In this document: one piece after another, positions 51,265 to 60,793 of the stretch
Position numbering within the stretch: the first letter of the stretch is position 1
Layout: every line of letters starts with the position of its first letter
Assembly (NCBI GenBank): GCA_049515895.1
Contig: JBEKTQ010000009.1
Span: forward strand, 1-64,000
Direction: 5' to 3'
Length of the DNA: 64,000 nt
From: Candidatus Bathyarchaeia archaeon
Lineage (GTDB): Archaea > Thermoproteota > Bathyarchaeia > Bathyarchaeales > Bathycorpusculaceae
Notes under the pieces: model-generated
The model's input: the letters and a program-made list of their open reading frames with translations, nothing else
Databases searched by the model: none
What the model was told of the DNA's origin: nothing
Program-made: the position numbers and the translations under genes

Positions 51265-51552
51265 ATGTCGGAAAAATCTAAAATTGTTTTCGTTGGAAAT
51301 AAGATGCCTATGGACTATGTTCTGGCGATTATTACAGGGCTGTCGGCGAGTGATGATAAAGAGATAACTTTGAAGGCTAGAGGACAAGCAATAACTACAG
51401 CTGTTGACGCAGCTGAAATAACGAGAAACCGCTTCCTAAAAGACCTGAAAGTACACAAAATTGTGATAGGAACAGAAGAGATGCCGCCAAGAGAGGGCGA
51501 AACCAGAGCACGGATGGTTTCAACAATTGAAATAATGCTTACAAAAGAGTAG
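51265..51552 (+). CDS. albA: DNA/RNA-binding chromatin protein Alba
   Basis: VFVGNKMPMDYVLA, LKARGQAITTAVDAAE, IGTEE, VSTIEI. Confidence 0.93.
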   Translation: MSEKSKIVFVGNKMPMDYVLAIITGLSASDDKEITLKARGQAITTAVDAAEITRNRFLKDLKVHKIVIGTEEMPPREGETRARMVSTIEIMLTKE

Positions 51553-52024
51553 GAAAACCTTCGAAACACGTGCTGCCCTTGTCACGATATTATGTGTTGA
51601 AGAATGTTGTCTAATTTGCCGAAGACCACAAATGGCAGGACAACTTCCTCTTAATCGGTGAGGGTTAAACTAAATTTGGTAAACCCGTAAACTTGCGGGC
51701 TAAATTAAAATTTAATCCCCAAACCCACAACACCAATACTGCACTACACCATACCACAAACCACAACGACACAAAACACACAAGCCAGTAGCTCCACGAG
51801 CGTCTCCCAGTCTGTCTGTCAATGTCCGTCAGCCTCTCCTATGTTCGGTAGAAAATTTTCGAGAAGATAAGTCTTAAATTTGGACAGCTCAGAAAAAGTT
51901 TATGAAAAACTTATCGTTAGAAGGCGTGTAAGAATATCAATTCATTTCTTTAATTCATGAAACTTAAATCTGCACAGCATCTAATAAACCAATCAGCGCT
52001 AATCCGTCAAGTGACAAGTGAGCT

Positions 52025-53209
52025 ATGCTAAACAGGAAAAAATTGGATTCGGACATATTTCATTTAGAAGTAAAGGACGATGAGCTATTTCTCGGAGACA
52101 AGATAGAGGGAACTTTAAGGATAATATCCAACCAAGAATTTGATATTGAAAAGATTTGGATTAATTTAAGATGCCAAGAAATCAAGGAAAAAAAGAATGC
52201 TGCTCTTTATGATGACGTTGTTCAGATTAGCGACAATGTGCACATCAGGCTTGGAGATAAAAAAGAATTCCTCTTCGCAATGAAGTTGCCGTTTGTTGGA
52301 AGAGAAACATTTGACAGCTTAAACCACAGTATCCAATGGTTAGTGTATGGGTACATTAAGATAAAAGGAAGCAAAGAACCCATAAGCGCAGAAGGCGGCG
52401 GTTTTATTCTTGTTGCCAAGCCAAGAGTATTAGTTAAAGAAGCGAGTTCCAATAGCACGAACGTAACCGAAACATTTCATATCGATTATGTTGGTGGTCA
52501 ATGCTTCAAAAATGCTGATTGCTTATTTGGAATTGTTAATGTTACAAAAGACATTTCCGCAGCAGTTGTCCGATTATACCCTCCTGGCACTATCCTTAAA
52601 ATGAAGTCAGGAAAAAATAAACTCATAGCCGTGAAAGAGGCAATTATTGAAATTTCAACGGGAGCAAAATATGATTTTAAAGAATTGGGAATGTGGTCAA
52701 AGTGGCCAGAGCCCAGAACAATCCATTACTCAGAACTTAAAAATAATAATGAGCACTCTCTAAATGTCTCTTCAGAAATTTCTTGTAAATTCGTACTTTT
52801 GGAATCCCCAACGTTTGTGGAGATAGTGTTTGAAAATGAATTAGTTTACAGTTTTTTCAGAAATAAATTTCTGAACAAATCTGTAAAAACTGGTGATACA
52901 ATCGTTTTAAGTATTAGAGGACATAATTTGCCGTTTTATGTATGTTACTCTTATCCAGAAGAGTTCGTGAGGATTGATGGAAATACACATATCTCATACA
53001 TAATTTCCAGCAATCAAACTACGAAAATATATCCAACCCTTATTTCAAATAAGTACACAGTAAGAATGTATCCATTTCCACCTGAAGAATGCATGCCAAA
53101 GATTCCAAGTCGATATAAAGATATTGTCCAAGGTGGTCATGATAAACAATACGTGACGACAATCCAAGACCATCTCGATCTTAGTATACCTCTGGCGACA
53201 ATAATTTGA
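52025..53209 (+). CDS. arrestin/SpoOM-like N-terminal domain plus CDC48 N-domain subdomain-2-like C-terminal region
   Basis: LGDKIEGTLRI...KEFLFAMKLP...SIQWLV; FLNKSVKTGDTIVLSIRGHNLPFYV...VRIDGNTHI. Confidence 0.65.
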   Translation: MLNRKKLDSDIFHLEVKDDELFLGDKIEGTLRIISNQEFDIEKIWINLRCQEIKEKKNAALYDDVVQISDNVHIRLGDKKEFLFAMKLPFVGRETFDSLNHSIQWLVYGYIKIKGSKEPISAEGGGFILVAKPRVLVKEASSNSTNVTETFHIDYVGGQCFKNADCLFGIVNVTKDISAAVVRLYPPGTILKMKSGKNKLIAVKEAIIEISTGAKYDFKELGMWSKWPEPRTIHYSELKNNNEHSLNVSSEISCKFVLLESPTFVEIVFENELVYSFFRNKFLNKSVKTGDTIVLSIRGHNLPFYVCYSYPEEFVRIDGNTHISYIISSNQTTKIYPTLISNKYTVRMYPFPPEECMPKIPSRYKDIVQGGHDKQYVTTIQDHLDLSIPLATII

Positions 53210-53404
53210 GTATCGCTCTGAGCACCCTTTCTCGAACGTTCTTTTGTCGACCGCTGAACAAACCGAAGAGAGCGTTTTTAATGCTTTAGGTTTGCCTGTA
53301 CCAAGACCTGAGGAAAAAGATGTTATTGGTGGCAAACCCATTTGGGTAAAAGATGTCTAACGATTTAGTTCAGAGTAAGACTTTTTCACGTCTTTTTGGC
53401 TAAA

Positions 53405-53725
53405 TTACCGGCAGTATTTATAGAATTTTGCATAATCAGTTTCTGCAATCATTTTACCGTCTTTTTCAATTGCAACGCATGAAAAAATATAGTCTGTCCC
53501 TTCACAATTGAACCCTACTTCGGGTATTATTCCGCCGCAGTTTGGACAGTGTTCACCGGCGTTGACCTTTTCTTTGAGGAATTTTCTTATGAGCTCCACT
53601 ATTTTCTTTGGCGCAACTGAATTGGGGCCATCCAAATAGAAAATTCTAATAAGGTGGTCTTCATCCTTTTCTTCAGCTTCTTGTTTTTCTTTCATAAGTG
53701 ATATACTCCATGGAAGGTGTAACAA
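53405..53725 (-). CDS. hypothetical protein with CxxC
   Basis: CPNCGG; third gene of the minus-strand cluster. Confidence 0.5.
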   Translation of the reverse strand: MLHLPWSISLMKEKQEAEEKDEDHLIRIFYLDGPNSVAPKKIVELIRKFLKEKVNAGEHCPNCGGIIPEVGFNCEGTDYIFSCVAIEKDGKMIAETDYAKFYKYCR

Positions 53726-53730
53726 TTATG

Positions 53731-54192
53731 CTAGTTTTTGGATGTGTCGGAATTCTTCGACAGGACCAAAATCCAATCTGAGTTTATCTTTTTATGATTG
53801 TAATCTCTATCGACTATTTGTTTACATAGTTTTGGAAAAGCTTCATACGCATTTCTAAGAAGGAAAAGATACAAGTCTGAATTCGGGTGGTCGACAAAGG
53901 CATTGTTTATGTTTCGAGTTGAGCCGCACCTTAGTTCTACGCCTAATTCTCTTTCGCAATCTCTGACTATAATATCAGCGTCAAACCCAGTTTTTCCAAT
54001 TACGCTAGCATAGATTTCTGAATCTATCAATGCCACTATTGTTTCCATTTGGAACCAAAGCTCGAACCCACCACCGAATTCAGCTATCATGTCTAGCTTA
54101 TGCGCCATGTCAGGACTTGAAAAATGCTCACATACAATATTTAACAAATTCATTTCAAACTCATTCAAATAATTCTTTCCCCAAGGACTCAT
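53731..54192 (-). CDS. putative PD-(D/E)XK nuclease
   Basis: GFELWFQME, DADIIV, GVELR. Confidence 0.6.
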   Translation of the reverse strand: MSPWGKNYLNEFEMNLLNIVCEHFSSPDMAHKLDMIAEFGGGFELWFQMETIVALIDSEIYASVIGKTGFDADIIVRDCERELGVELRCGSTRNINNAFVDHPNSDLYLFLLRNAYEAFPKLCKQIVDRDYNHKKINSDWILVLSKNSDTSKN

Positions 54193-54224
54193 AATCCAGT
54201 TTCTTAATGGCAGGTCAAACTGCG

Positions 54225-54587
54225 TTAAGGGTTTAGTGCGCGTTTTATGATTTTGGTTTCCTGGTTTTTCACTTCTTCGTAGGCATCGATAATATCTAAA
54301 TCATTGCAGAGTTTTTTTAAAACGCTTTCAGAACCCAGTGTGGCGAGCCCTATCATTGCAAAAGCCACGAGCAGTTCATTGTAATCCAACTCCATATCAT
54401 AGCGGCGCAAAAGGTCAGCCCTAAGAGACCTACGAAAAACAGTATCAAATGCCTTTGGAACAGTTATCGTCCTTTTAACTCTCTCTTTTCCAAACTTTCT
54501 TATAATTTCAGGAACGGCTTTTTTAACAGCTTCATAAAATTCGTCAATATTCTCGTATGGTACTATATCCTCTTGCATGACAGCCAA
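54225..54587 (-). CDS. hypothetical protein, possible RHH regulator
   Basis: VKRTITVPKAFD...YNELL; TACGTACGTA palindrome upstream at about 54605. Confidence 0.55.
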   Translation of the reverse strand: MAVMQEDIVPYENIDEFYEAVKKAVPEIIRKFGKERVKRTITVPKAFDTVFRRSLRADLLRRYDMELDYNELLVAFAMIGLATLGSESVLKKLCNDLDIIDAYEEVKNQETKIIKRALNP

Positions 54588-54800
54588 CTGCCATTAAGGT
54601 ATATACGTACGTAGACGCGTACGGGTATTTACATCTTTCGAAGATTAACGTAAGGATTTACTCATTTTGTCTATGTCGACGATTCCGACATAATAGTTAA
54701 ACGCCGCCAAAGTTAGTCCTGTCCAAGAGCGAACGGCTGCTATGCTCCAGCCTTCGTCAAAGAAGTTTAGCGCGCGGAACTTGTAGGCTCCTACCAATAG

Positions 54801-54854
54801 TTTAAACTAAAATTTGTAAACCCGTATTTTTTCCCACTAAACTTGAATGTAAAC
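54801..54854. repeat. 54-bp direct repeat, copy 2
   Basis: Near-identical to 47091-47144. Confidence 0.85.
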
Positions 54855-55805
54855 CTCACTCTCCGCATCCATTATGGGGTTTCCTTGCATCTCGCGGAGT
54901 AACCGATCCAAAGTATGTCATTGAAGGCCATTACTGACTGGCGCAAGCACTCGGCAAGTCGATCCTCATTGATTGGGACTTATCTTTCGGACTGTAAAAA
55001 CGACGCCTCTCTGAACTCTTTCAAAGCCTCGTCGTACGACTGCTGTTTATAAAATGCCTGACCCCTTTCAACATGGTCACTCGCGCTTTCGTTCGCTGAC
55101 GAAGCTACCATAGTAACCTGACCCAAAACATATTATTAGACTTGGCAGTTCTTATAACTTGTTTTCTCTGCAAGCCCGGGCCTTCTGTTGCTGGAAATTG
55201 GAGAAACAAAGCGCACGCAGAGCATATGCCATTTGACTACCGCGCGCTAACAAGAATTGAGTCCACCGGGAAGACCATACGAAACGTTTGGGAGTATTTT
55301 CGGTCCAACTCAATGGCAAGAAAACGGTTGAACGATTAGATTTCAGGGGCTTTCATGCGTGAAATTTAAACGTGAATTCACGTCTAACCAAGCAAGTCAA
55401 GTTTTCTTGAGACATTAAACGGTTAGGCTTATCATAATGTACATTCAAAGTTTTTGTAATCCTGTGGTCTCTGAGAATGGCTCCAAAACTTTTTAACATC
55501 GAGACTGTTAACTAAAACAAAGGCGGAATGTGTTACGACAAAAAAAGGAAAAAAAGTTGTTATACTTCAACTTAATAGTCCAAGTACTTCATTTTTTCCC
55601 GACCAGTTGCAGCTGCGAAAATTTTAAACGGCATTCAAGTCTTTCGCTAACCATATAGAACTAAAATCGAAATATAGATACCCTTCATAGGAATGAGAGT
55701 TTAAACGCTCAAGTGAAATCAAAACCTGCGCTTAAATCAAAGTCAATTTTCTACGCTTCTACGCGTAAAATGAGCGTAAACTGAGCTAAACTGATGGTTA
55801 GGGGA

Positions 55806-55923
55806 TGGTGCAGGGGGTGGGATTTGAACCCACGAACCTCTGGAGGATAGGCTCCTGAAGCATGCGCGCCGCTCTCTGGTAAAGGGCGGTTCTACGCCTT
55901 TGACCATGCTCGGCGACCCCTGC
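55806..55923 (-). tRNA. tRNA-Leu(CAG) with a ~30-nt intron at non-canonical position ~29/30; CCA encoded
   Basis: GCAGGGG acceptor, D-arm, removal of 55862-55891 restores stem TAGGC/GCCTA and loop TTCAGGA, long variable arm, GGTTCAAATCC. Confidence 0.9.
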
Positions 55924-55949
55924 GTTGCATTGCTGTCAAGTTTGAGAAG

Positions 55950-56023
55950 GGCCGGGGCAGGGATTTGAACCCTGGCAAAAGGCTCCACAGGCCTCTAGGC
56001 TACCAAGCTACCTCACCCCGGCC
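55950..56023 (-). tRNA. tRNA-His(GUG)
   Basis: G-1 GCCGGGG...CCCCGGC C; anticodon loop CTGTGGA; GGTTCAAATCC. Confidence 0.93.
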
Positions 56024-56110
56024 GCAATCCCTAATATTTTCGGGTTTTTTTGACCTCGGCCACTTTTTGCTGCGATGAGCTTTGGCTTCTTTAGATTCAT
56101 AGCATACACC

Positions 56111-56592
56111 TTATTTTCGTTTACGGAAGATTTTGCCGCCATCATTGTACTCTCCGGTAATGTACTCAAAACCTACGTCGACCAGTTTGCAGGCGTCTTC
56201 AGCAGTGAAGGCCAGGCGCGTTATGAATTGGTCGTTTGGCAGATCCATCACCCGTAACGGTCTTTGTTTCCGCCACAGCCCAAATTTTTCGCTCCTAAAG
56301 CGCATATTTGGCGAGTCCTGTTCTGTATTCTAACTCTAATATAATTTTCCGAGAATTTTTTGCCGCAGTCATTGCATGCGAAGGTCTGGGTTTCCTCGCC
56401 GGTGCTTAATCTTCTTGGGCCGTTAAGATCCATGCTTCTGCTGTTACAGTCGGGACATGATGGCCTGCGATCTGACTGAGATTCATTTGGGAGCGCTCCG
56501 AGGCCAGGAACGGATTCTCCGTTTCTGACTTCGGTATTGCCAAATATGCCTGTTGGAGCAAGCGCCTTTCCCCGATCCTCAGTCTTAATCAT
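56111..56592 (-). pseudogene. internally deleted tyrosine integrase (Zn-ribbon N-terminus and C-terminal tail only)
   Basis: CPDC...QTFACNDCGKKFS...RQICA..AKNL, and in another frame TAEDACKLVDVGFEYITG...KIFRKRK; both resemble the ends of bathyarchaeal integrases as I recall them; no catalytic core. Confidence 0.6.
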
Positions 56593-56896
56593 TTAATCAC
56601 CCGCTTTCGGTAATTCATGGAGGGCGCGAGATGTCGTCTTCGCCGGTGACCGGATGCTTCACTTTGTCGTCCCAATTGATCACTTGATTTGTATGAACAG
56701 TTGAGCTGATGTCAACCAGGAGTGTCTTAGGCGATCAACGTTTGCCTTTTTTTTGGGGTCTATTTCTTTTGTTTACTCTCTTCCTAAAATTACATTAAAG
56801 GAAATGAGGCAAGAGAATTTACACCTTTTTTGCATCTTACAATTAATGCAAAGACGTAATCTTAAATTCTCTTTCTCAGTACTCTATTGCGAAGGA

Positions 56897-57784
56897 TTAT
56901 GGTCTTGTTTCAAAGATCATGTCGAACATGGTCTTAACTGTGCTGACAAACGCTCTAAGGTCGATCTTTTCTTGAAATTGTCTAAACATCCAGTCGCATG
57001 GAACGTGTAGTTGAGTCCATCTATTGTCTCCTTGTGCGGCTCGTATGGTATGACCCCCCCCGCACCAGGCGCATCTTGGAGTGCTGTCTTTAACCATCGA
57101 TATTCCTCTTTCATTAATGGTGAAGACGATCCAGCTAGTCTGATGGTTAACGCCCTTGACTGAAAATATCCTAAACAGTCTGGCAATCTCCGAACCTGTG
57201 TCGTCTATTTTGGTCTCGAAAATTCCATCAAACATGGTTTTAACTTTGCTCACAAACATACTGTCATGTGCCGATGGGATTAAGGTGAAGAAAGCCAGAG
57301 CATTCAGGCTTCTCATTTTGGCCGTGACTAATTGTAGAAACTTGAGAGTCGTATCTGAATTTGACTGGACATTCAGATCTGTAATTGAATCAAACACAAA
57401 CCTTGGTTTCGACACATTTTGACAGATTTTCTGGCATGTGATCATCACTCTTAAGAGGTCTGCAGGGTTAACGGCCACGAATGGTTCGTCGCCCGTAGCG
57501 TCTCGAACTCGCCAGGAATACGCGTCAACAAGCCTAAGGTCACCTTTCATTCTGTCCTTTTCATCCATAAGATTTTGAATTGACGTTTGAATATCATGGC
57601 AATCTTCCTCAGTGGATAGGTATATCCCCGTTTCCTCGTTCGAAAGTCCTCTGGCTATGAAAGTTTTGCAGAAGGTTGTTTTCCCAGCCCCTGATGGGCC
57701 CGTGAGTAGGTATACGCCGCGAGGAACCTCTCCATGTATCAAGAAACTTGCGCCTGGAAAATCCTCCATTTGAACCGCCTTCAT
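56897..57784 (-). CDS. KaiC/RAD55-family ATPase; C-terminal TRASH/YHS-like domain shifted out of frame at a G8 run
   Basis: GPSGAGKT, STEE, DSIT, FDGIFE; CAWC continues as GGVIPYEP...TFHATGC in another frame. Confidence 0.85.
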   Translation of the reverse strand: MKAVQMEDFPGASFLIHGEVPRGVYLLTGPSGAGKTTFCKTFIARGLSNEETGIYLSTEEDCHDIQTSIQNLMDEKDRMKGDLRLVDAYSWRVRDATGDEPFVAVNPADLLRVMITCQKICQNVSKPRFVFDSITDLNVQSNSDTTLKFLQLVTAKMRSLNALAFFTLIPSAHDSMFVSKVKTMFDGIFETKIDDTGSEIARLFRIFSVKGVNHQTSWIVFTINERGISMVKDSTPRCAWCGGGHTIRAAQGDNRWTQLHVPCDWMFRQFQEKIDLRAFVSTVKTMFDMIFETRP

Positions 57785-57950
57785 CGTAAACTAATGGATA
57801 GAAACGTATAGGAGGTTTACCGTTAAATCTTTTTTGCGTAATCATGTATCTTGTTAGAAAGTAGGAGCTTGTCCAGCATTAAAATCAAACTGTGTTATTT
57901 CCTTGCAAAGATGAAAGATTCCTCTTTTCGTCCGCCTGCTGGCAACTATG

Positions 57951-58670
57951 CTATTTCTCTCGCGCACTGATTTGATTTATGCGTTCCATCGCTTCTAAAA
58001 TCACCAGCTTCAAATCTCTGTGTTCAATTTTTTTTGTCTCTAAAACTGGGAGCCCAAAATTCAAGTCGTCTATATCTTTTAGGTTCTTCTCAGCTTCTCC
58101 AAGTGTATCAAAAAGCATAATGCCCATTAGACCACTGAAAAACTGTCTAAAAGCGTCCTCATCCAAACCTTCCCGTCTCGCTTTATTCTTAAGATATTTG
58201 TAAAAATCTATCATGCCAGGATCCAGTAACAAAAGTTTATGAGTCGGGTCAGCATCAAAGAACTTGCCTTTCCCACCCAGCAAGCAGTCAATGCAAGTCA
58301 CCGCGTCCACTTTAACTACGCCAAATTCCTCAGCAAGCATTTTCATCTCATTATTTGGACCGAGGCACAGATCCCCATAAACCAAAACTACCCTTCCTGA
58401 AAAACGGGAGAGCGTTCGTTTTAGAACTTCGCGAAGATTCTTCTCCAAAAGAGCGTAATCTCCGTGGAAGAACTTGCTTACAAAAACCAAACCAGCATTA
58501 AGATCGCCTCTTTTCACGAGCTCCTGGATTTCCGCCTTCAAAGCACTGCAAGACACTAAACAAAACTTCTTGCCTGACTGAGCGTTACTTTCAAGCAAAC
58601 TGTGAACCTGATTCTTCACCTTTTGGGAACATTCCGCGCTTAAATCTGATAACTGTGCTTTAGAGGGCAT
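57951..58670 (-). CDS. DUF1638-like protein
   Basis: LVSCSALKAEI, FH, VLVYGDLC, CIDCLLGG. Confidence 0.75.
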   Translation of the reverse strand: MPSKAQLSDLSAECSQKVKNQVHSLLESNAQSGKKFCLVSCSALKAEIQELVKRGDLNAGLVFVSKFFHGDYALLEKNLREVLKRTLSRFSGRVVLVYGDLCLGPNNEMKMLAEEFGVVKVDAVTCIDCLLGGKGKFFDADPTHKLLLLDPGMIDFYKYLKNKARREGLDEDAFRQFFSGLMGIMLFDTLGEAEKNLKDIDDLNFGLPVLETKKIEHRDLKLVILEAMERINQISAREK

Positions 58671-59025
58671 AGTCTCAATTTCCGAAAATATGATTATAGT
58701 AAATAAGTTTTTATAGGTTACATTTTAGGGGGCTCTTTCTCCAAATTCCGATGGTTTGCTCTAAACAACTTATTTGTAAGTTTCCGTTTCGATTATGTTT
58801 GGCGCAAACAATTTGATTAATAGACGAGAATAATGATTTGGGGATCATTAAAAGAACAGCGCGCACGCTAAAGATAGTTCCAAAAATATAGCCAACCCTA
58901 ATTCTCATGCTACTCAAGTTTAGCAAATTTGTTTTACTATGCGACGTTTCTCAGTGTATTCACATTTAAGCTGATTTCTCTATAACCAATTTTCCATTTC
59001 CCAACGTTTTTAGTTGTAAGCGTTC

Positions 59026-59544
59026 TTAGCTTGTTTGAAAGAGTGAATCAGGCAGTTTCGGATTGACTGTGATGTTATAGATCAGCACAGGGTTTCCGTT
59101 TGATGAAGTATATGAATAGTCGCCTGTGCCACTCCAATTCTTAAGATTTGTCACAAAGCCGGTCCACACTGTGCCCCAAAAAGCCCAGTCGGATGTATAG
59201 TTGCCAGATACGTATGCGCCATAGTTGGTGCTATTCCAAGATTTTTCTTGACCTGTATCAAGGATGTAACTCCAGTTGCCAGCCTCTCCGCTCAAAACGT
59301 CAATTCGTACTGTGAGGTTTGATGTACCTATGTTTTTCCCATAGCAAGCATGTGTTACTACTATTGACCCTTGGGTAGTAACGTTGGCCATAAACTCCAA
59401 ACTGGTAGCGTTTGCAACACTTACTAATTGAGTATTACCGCCACCCTTACTCCCGCCATTGTAAACCCAAAGGCCACCAGCAACCGCAGCAACGACAATA
59501 ACAATTAAGACCGCAACGAGAATGTATATTGTTTTTTTATTCAT
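59026..59544 (-). CDS. membrane-anchored secreted protein
   Basis: N-terminal TM; NPKLPDSLF tail like LolA-fold proteins. Confidence 0.7.
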   Translation of the reverse strand: MNKKTIYILVAVLIVIVVAAVAGGLWVYNGGSKGGGNTQLVSVANATSLEFMANVTTQGSIVVTHACYGKNIGTSNLTVRIDVLSGEAGNWSYILDTGQEKSWNSTNYGAYVSGNYTSDWAFWGTVWTGFVTNLKNWSGTGDYSYTSSNGNPVLIYNITVNPKLPDSLFQTS

Positions 59545-60491
59545 AAAGGTGCCAAGTTACTTATTTGACCAAATTTGATTTAAGCTTTTCCAAAAGTTCT
59601 TTAAGCAGACATTTTCCAATTTCCGAAACGCTGATTTTGAGATAGACAGAATAGGTCAAAAATAACAGTGTAATGTTGATGTTTTTCGATGGTTAAATGG
59701 TAAAGTCGCATGGAACGCCAGGAGGCACCATTTGTGAAGTCGTCAGTGTAGGGCATTTTGTTTTGAGGTATGCTACAATGCACAGTGGGTATACTTGGAG
59801 TCACACTTTCACTTTCTCCAGGATCTCCGCGATGCCCTGGAAAGCCCTCGCTAAAGTCAGGTCTTCCATCCTTCAGAAACAAGAAGCCCCCTGCATTTCA
59901 ACAATACACTTAGAAGAAAAAAAGAAGGAAGAGGTTACGAGTGATGAATAAAACGTTCCTAATTTGGCAGGACCTACCTCACCCCGGCCGCTTCGGCTGA
60001 CTTCGCTTCTTTTTGTGCTTGGGTGAAACATTTACGTTTTTCTCAGCAATATTAACTTGTCTTTTTAGTAGGAAGGTTCAGTCACTAAACCTCGCCTGTT
60101 TTTCCAGTAGTAAATTTCATGCTCGAAACGCCACCAATTGGTTTTAGTACAAAACGTAAACAATTACGGCTTGAAGAAATCTTGCAAAGAAAAATTCAAT
60201 GATTTGTAGTTTAAACCTACTCTCCGCTACCAATAAAATTCTATTCGAGCATTTTTGGCTCAAAAAGGTCGAGTAGTCAATTTTTAAGGTCATCATTTAG
60301 GCAGATAAAGCAGAAGAAGCAGAAGAAGAAGAGTGCTACCACAGCGTCTTCTTCTTTTAATGAACAGATTAATAGCACTTTTAACAGATCAGACTTGAGA
60401 TTTTAGCCATACGCCAGAGATTAATGAAACCTTTTTTTGATAAGCAAACTTTAATGCTTCCCCCATACAAATGACTGGTCACTGATCTAGT

Positions 60492-60767
60492 ATGGTTAGG
60501 CTAAAATGCAAGAAATGCGGAAACGTTTTCGAAATCGGTAATGCCTCAGCAGCCGCTCAAGGTTTTCTACTCCACGTTGGACCCTATCACCTGATAAAAT
60601 GCCCCGCTTGCGGCAAAAGAAGTATGATGGATACTTGTTCTTCGGTAAAGGATCCAGTCACCTGGCCTCCAGAGGAAAAACAGCATGTGCCTGTTCTCGA
60701 GACTCAGCTCACTGAGGAAGAGCTGGAGAAAAAACCCATCGAAGAATCCAAATATGAAAAGCCTTAA
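60492..60767 (+). CDS. zinc-ribbon protein
   Basis: CKKCG...CPACG. Confidence 0.7.
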   Translation: MVRLKCKKCGNVFEIGNASAAAQGFLLHVGPYHLIKCPACGKRSMMDTCSSVKDPVTWPPEEKQHVPVLETQLTEEELEKKPIEESKYEKP

Positions 60768-60793
60768 TTTTTCCAGCATTGCAGGCGTCAGGC

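Larger units (their letters stand above)
56008..59991. mobile_element. decayed ~4-kb integrated element at the 5' end of tRNA-His
   Basis: Exact 18-bp direct repeat CTACCTCACCCCGGCCGC at 56008-56025 and 59974-59991; integrase remnant next to the tRNA. Confidence 0.7.

Noticed and set aside
47261-51990. Classical integron attC array
   Set aside because: The repeats lack RYYYAAC/GTTRRRY ends and hairpin symmetry, and the integrase at 24058 shows no evident IntI-specific insertion.
15300-55700. Intact provirus or conjugative element
   Set aside because: No capsid, terminase, portal, VirB4 or replication genes recognised; better described as a mosaic island.
54860-55740. ncRNA or gene in the long gap before tRNA-Leu
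   Set aside because: No convincing ORF or structured RNA; probably decayed sequence.
60323-60356. Hairpin GAAGAAGA...TCTTCTTC as terminator or ncRNA
   Set aside because: Low-complexity stem with no adjacent gene end; insufficient support.
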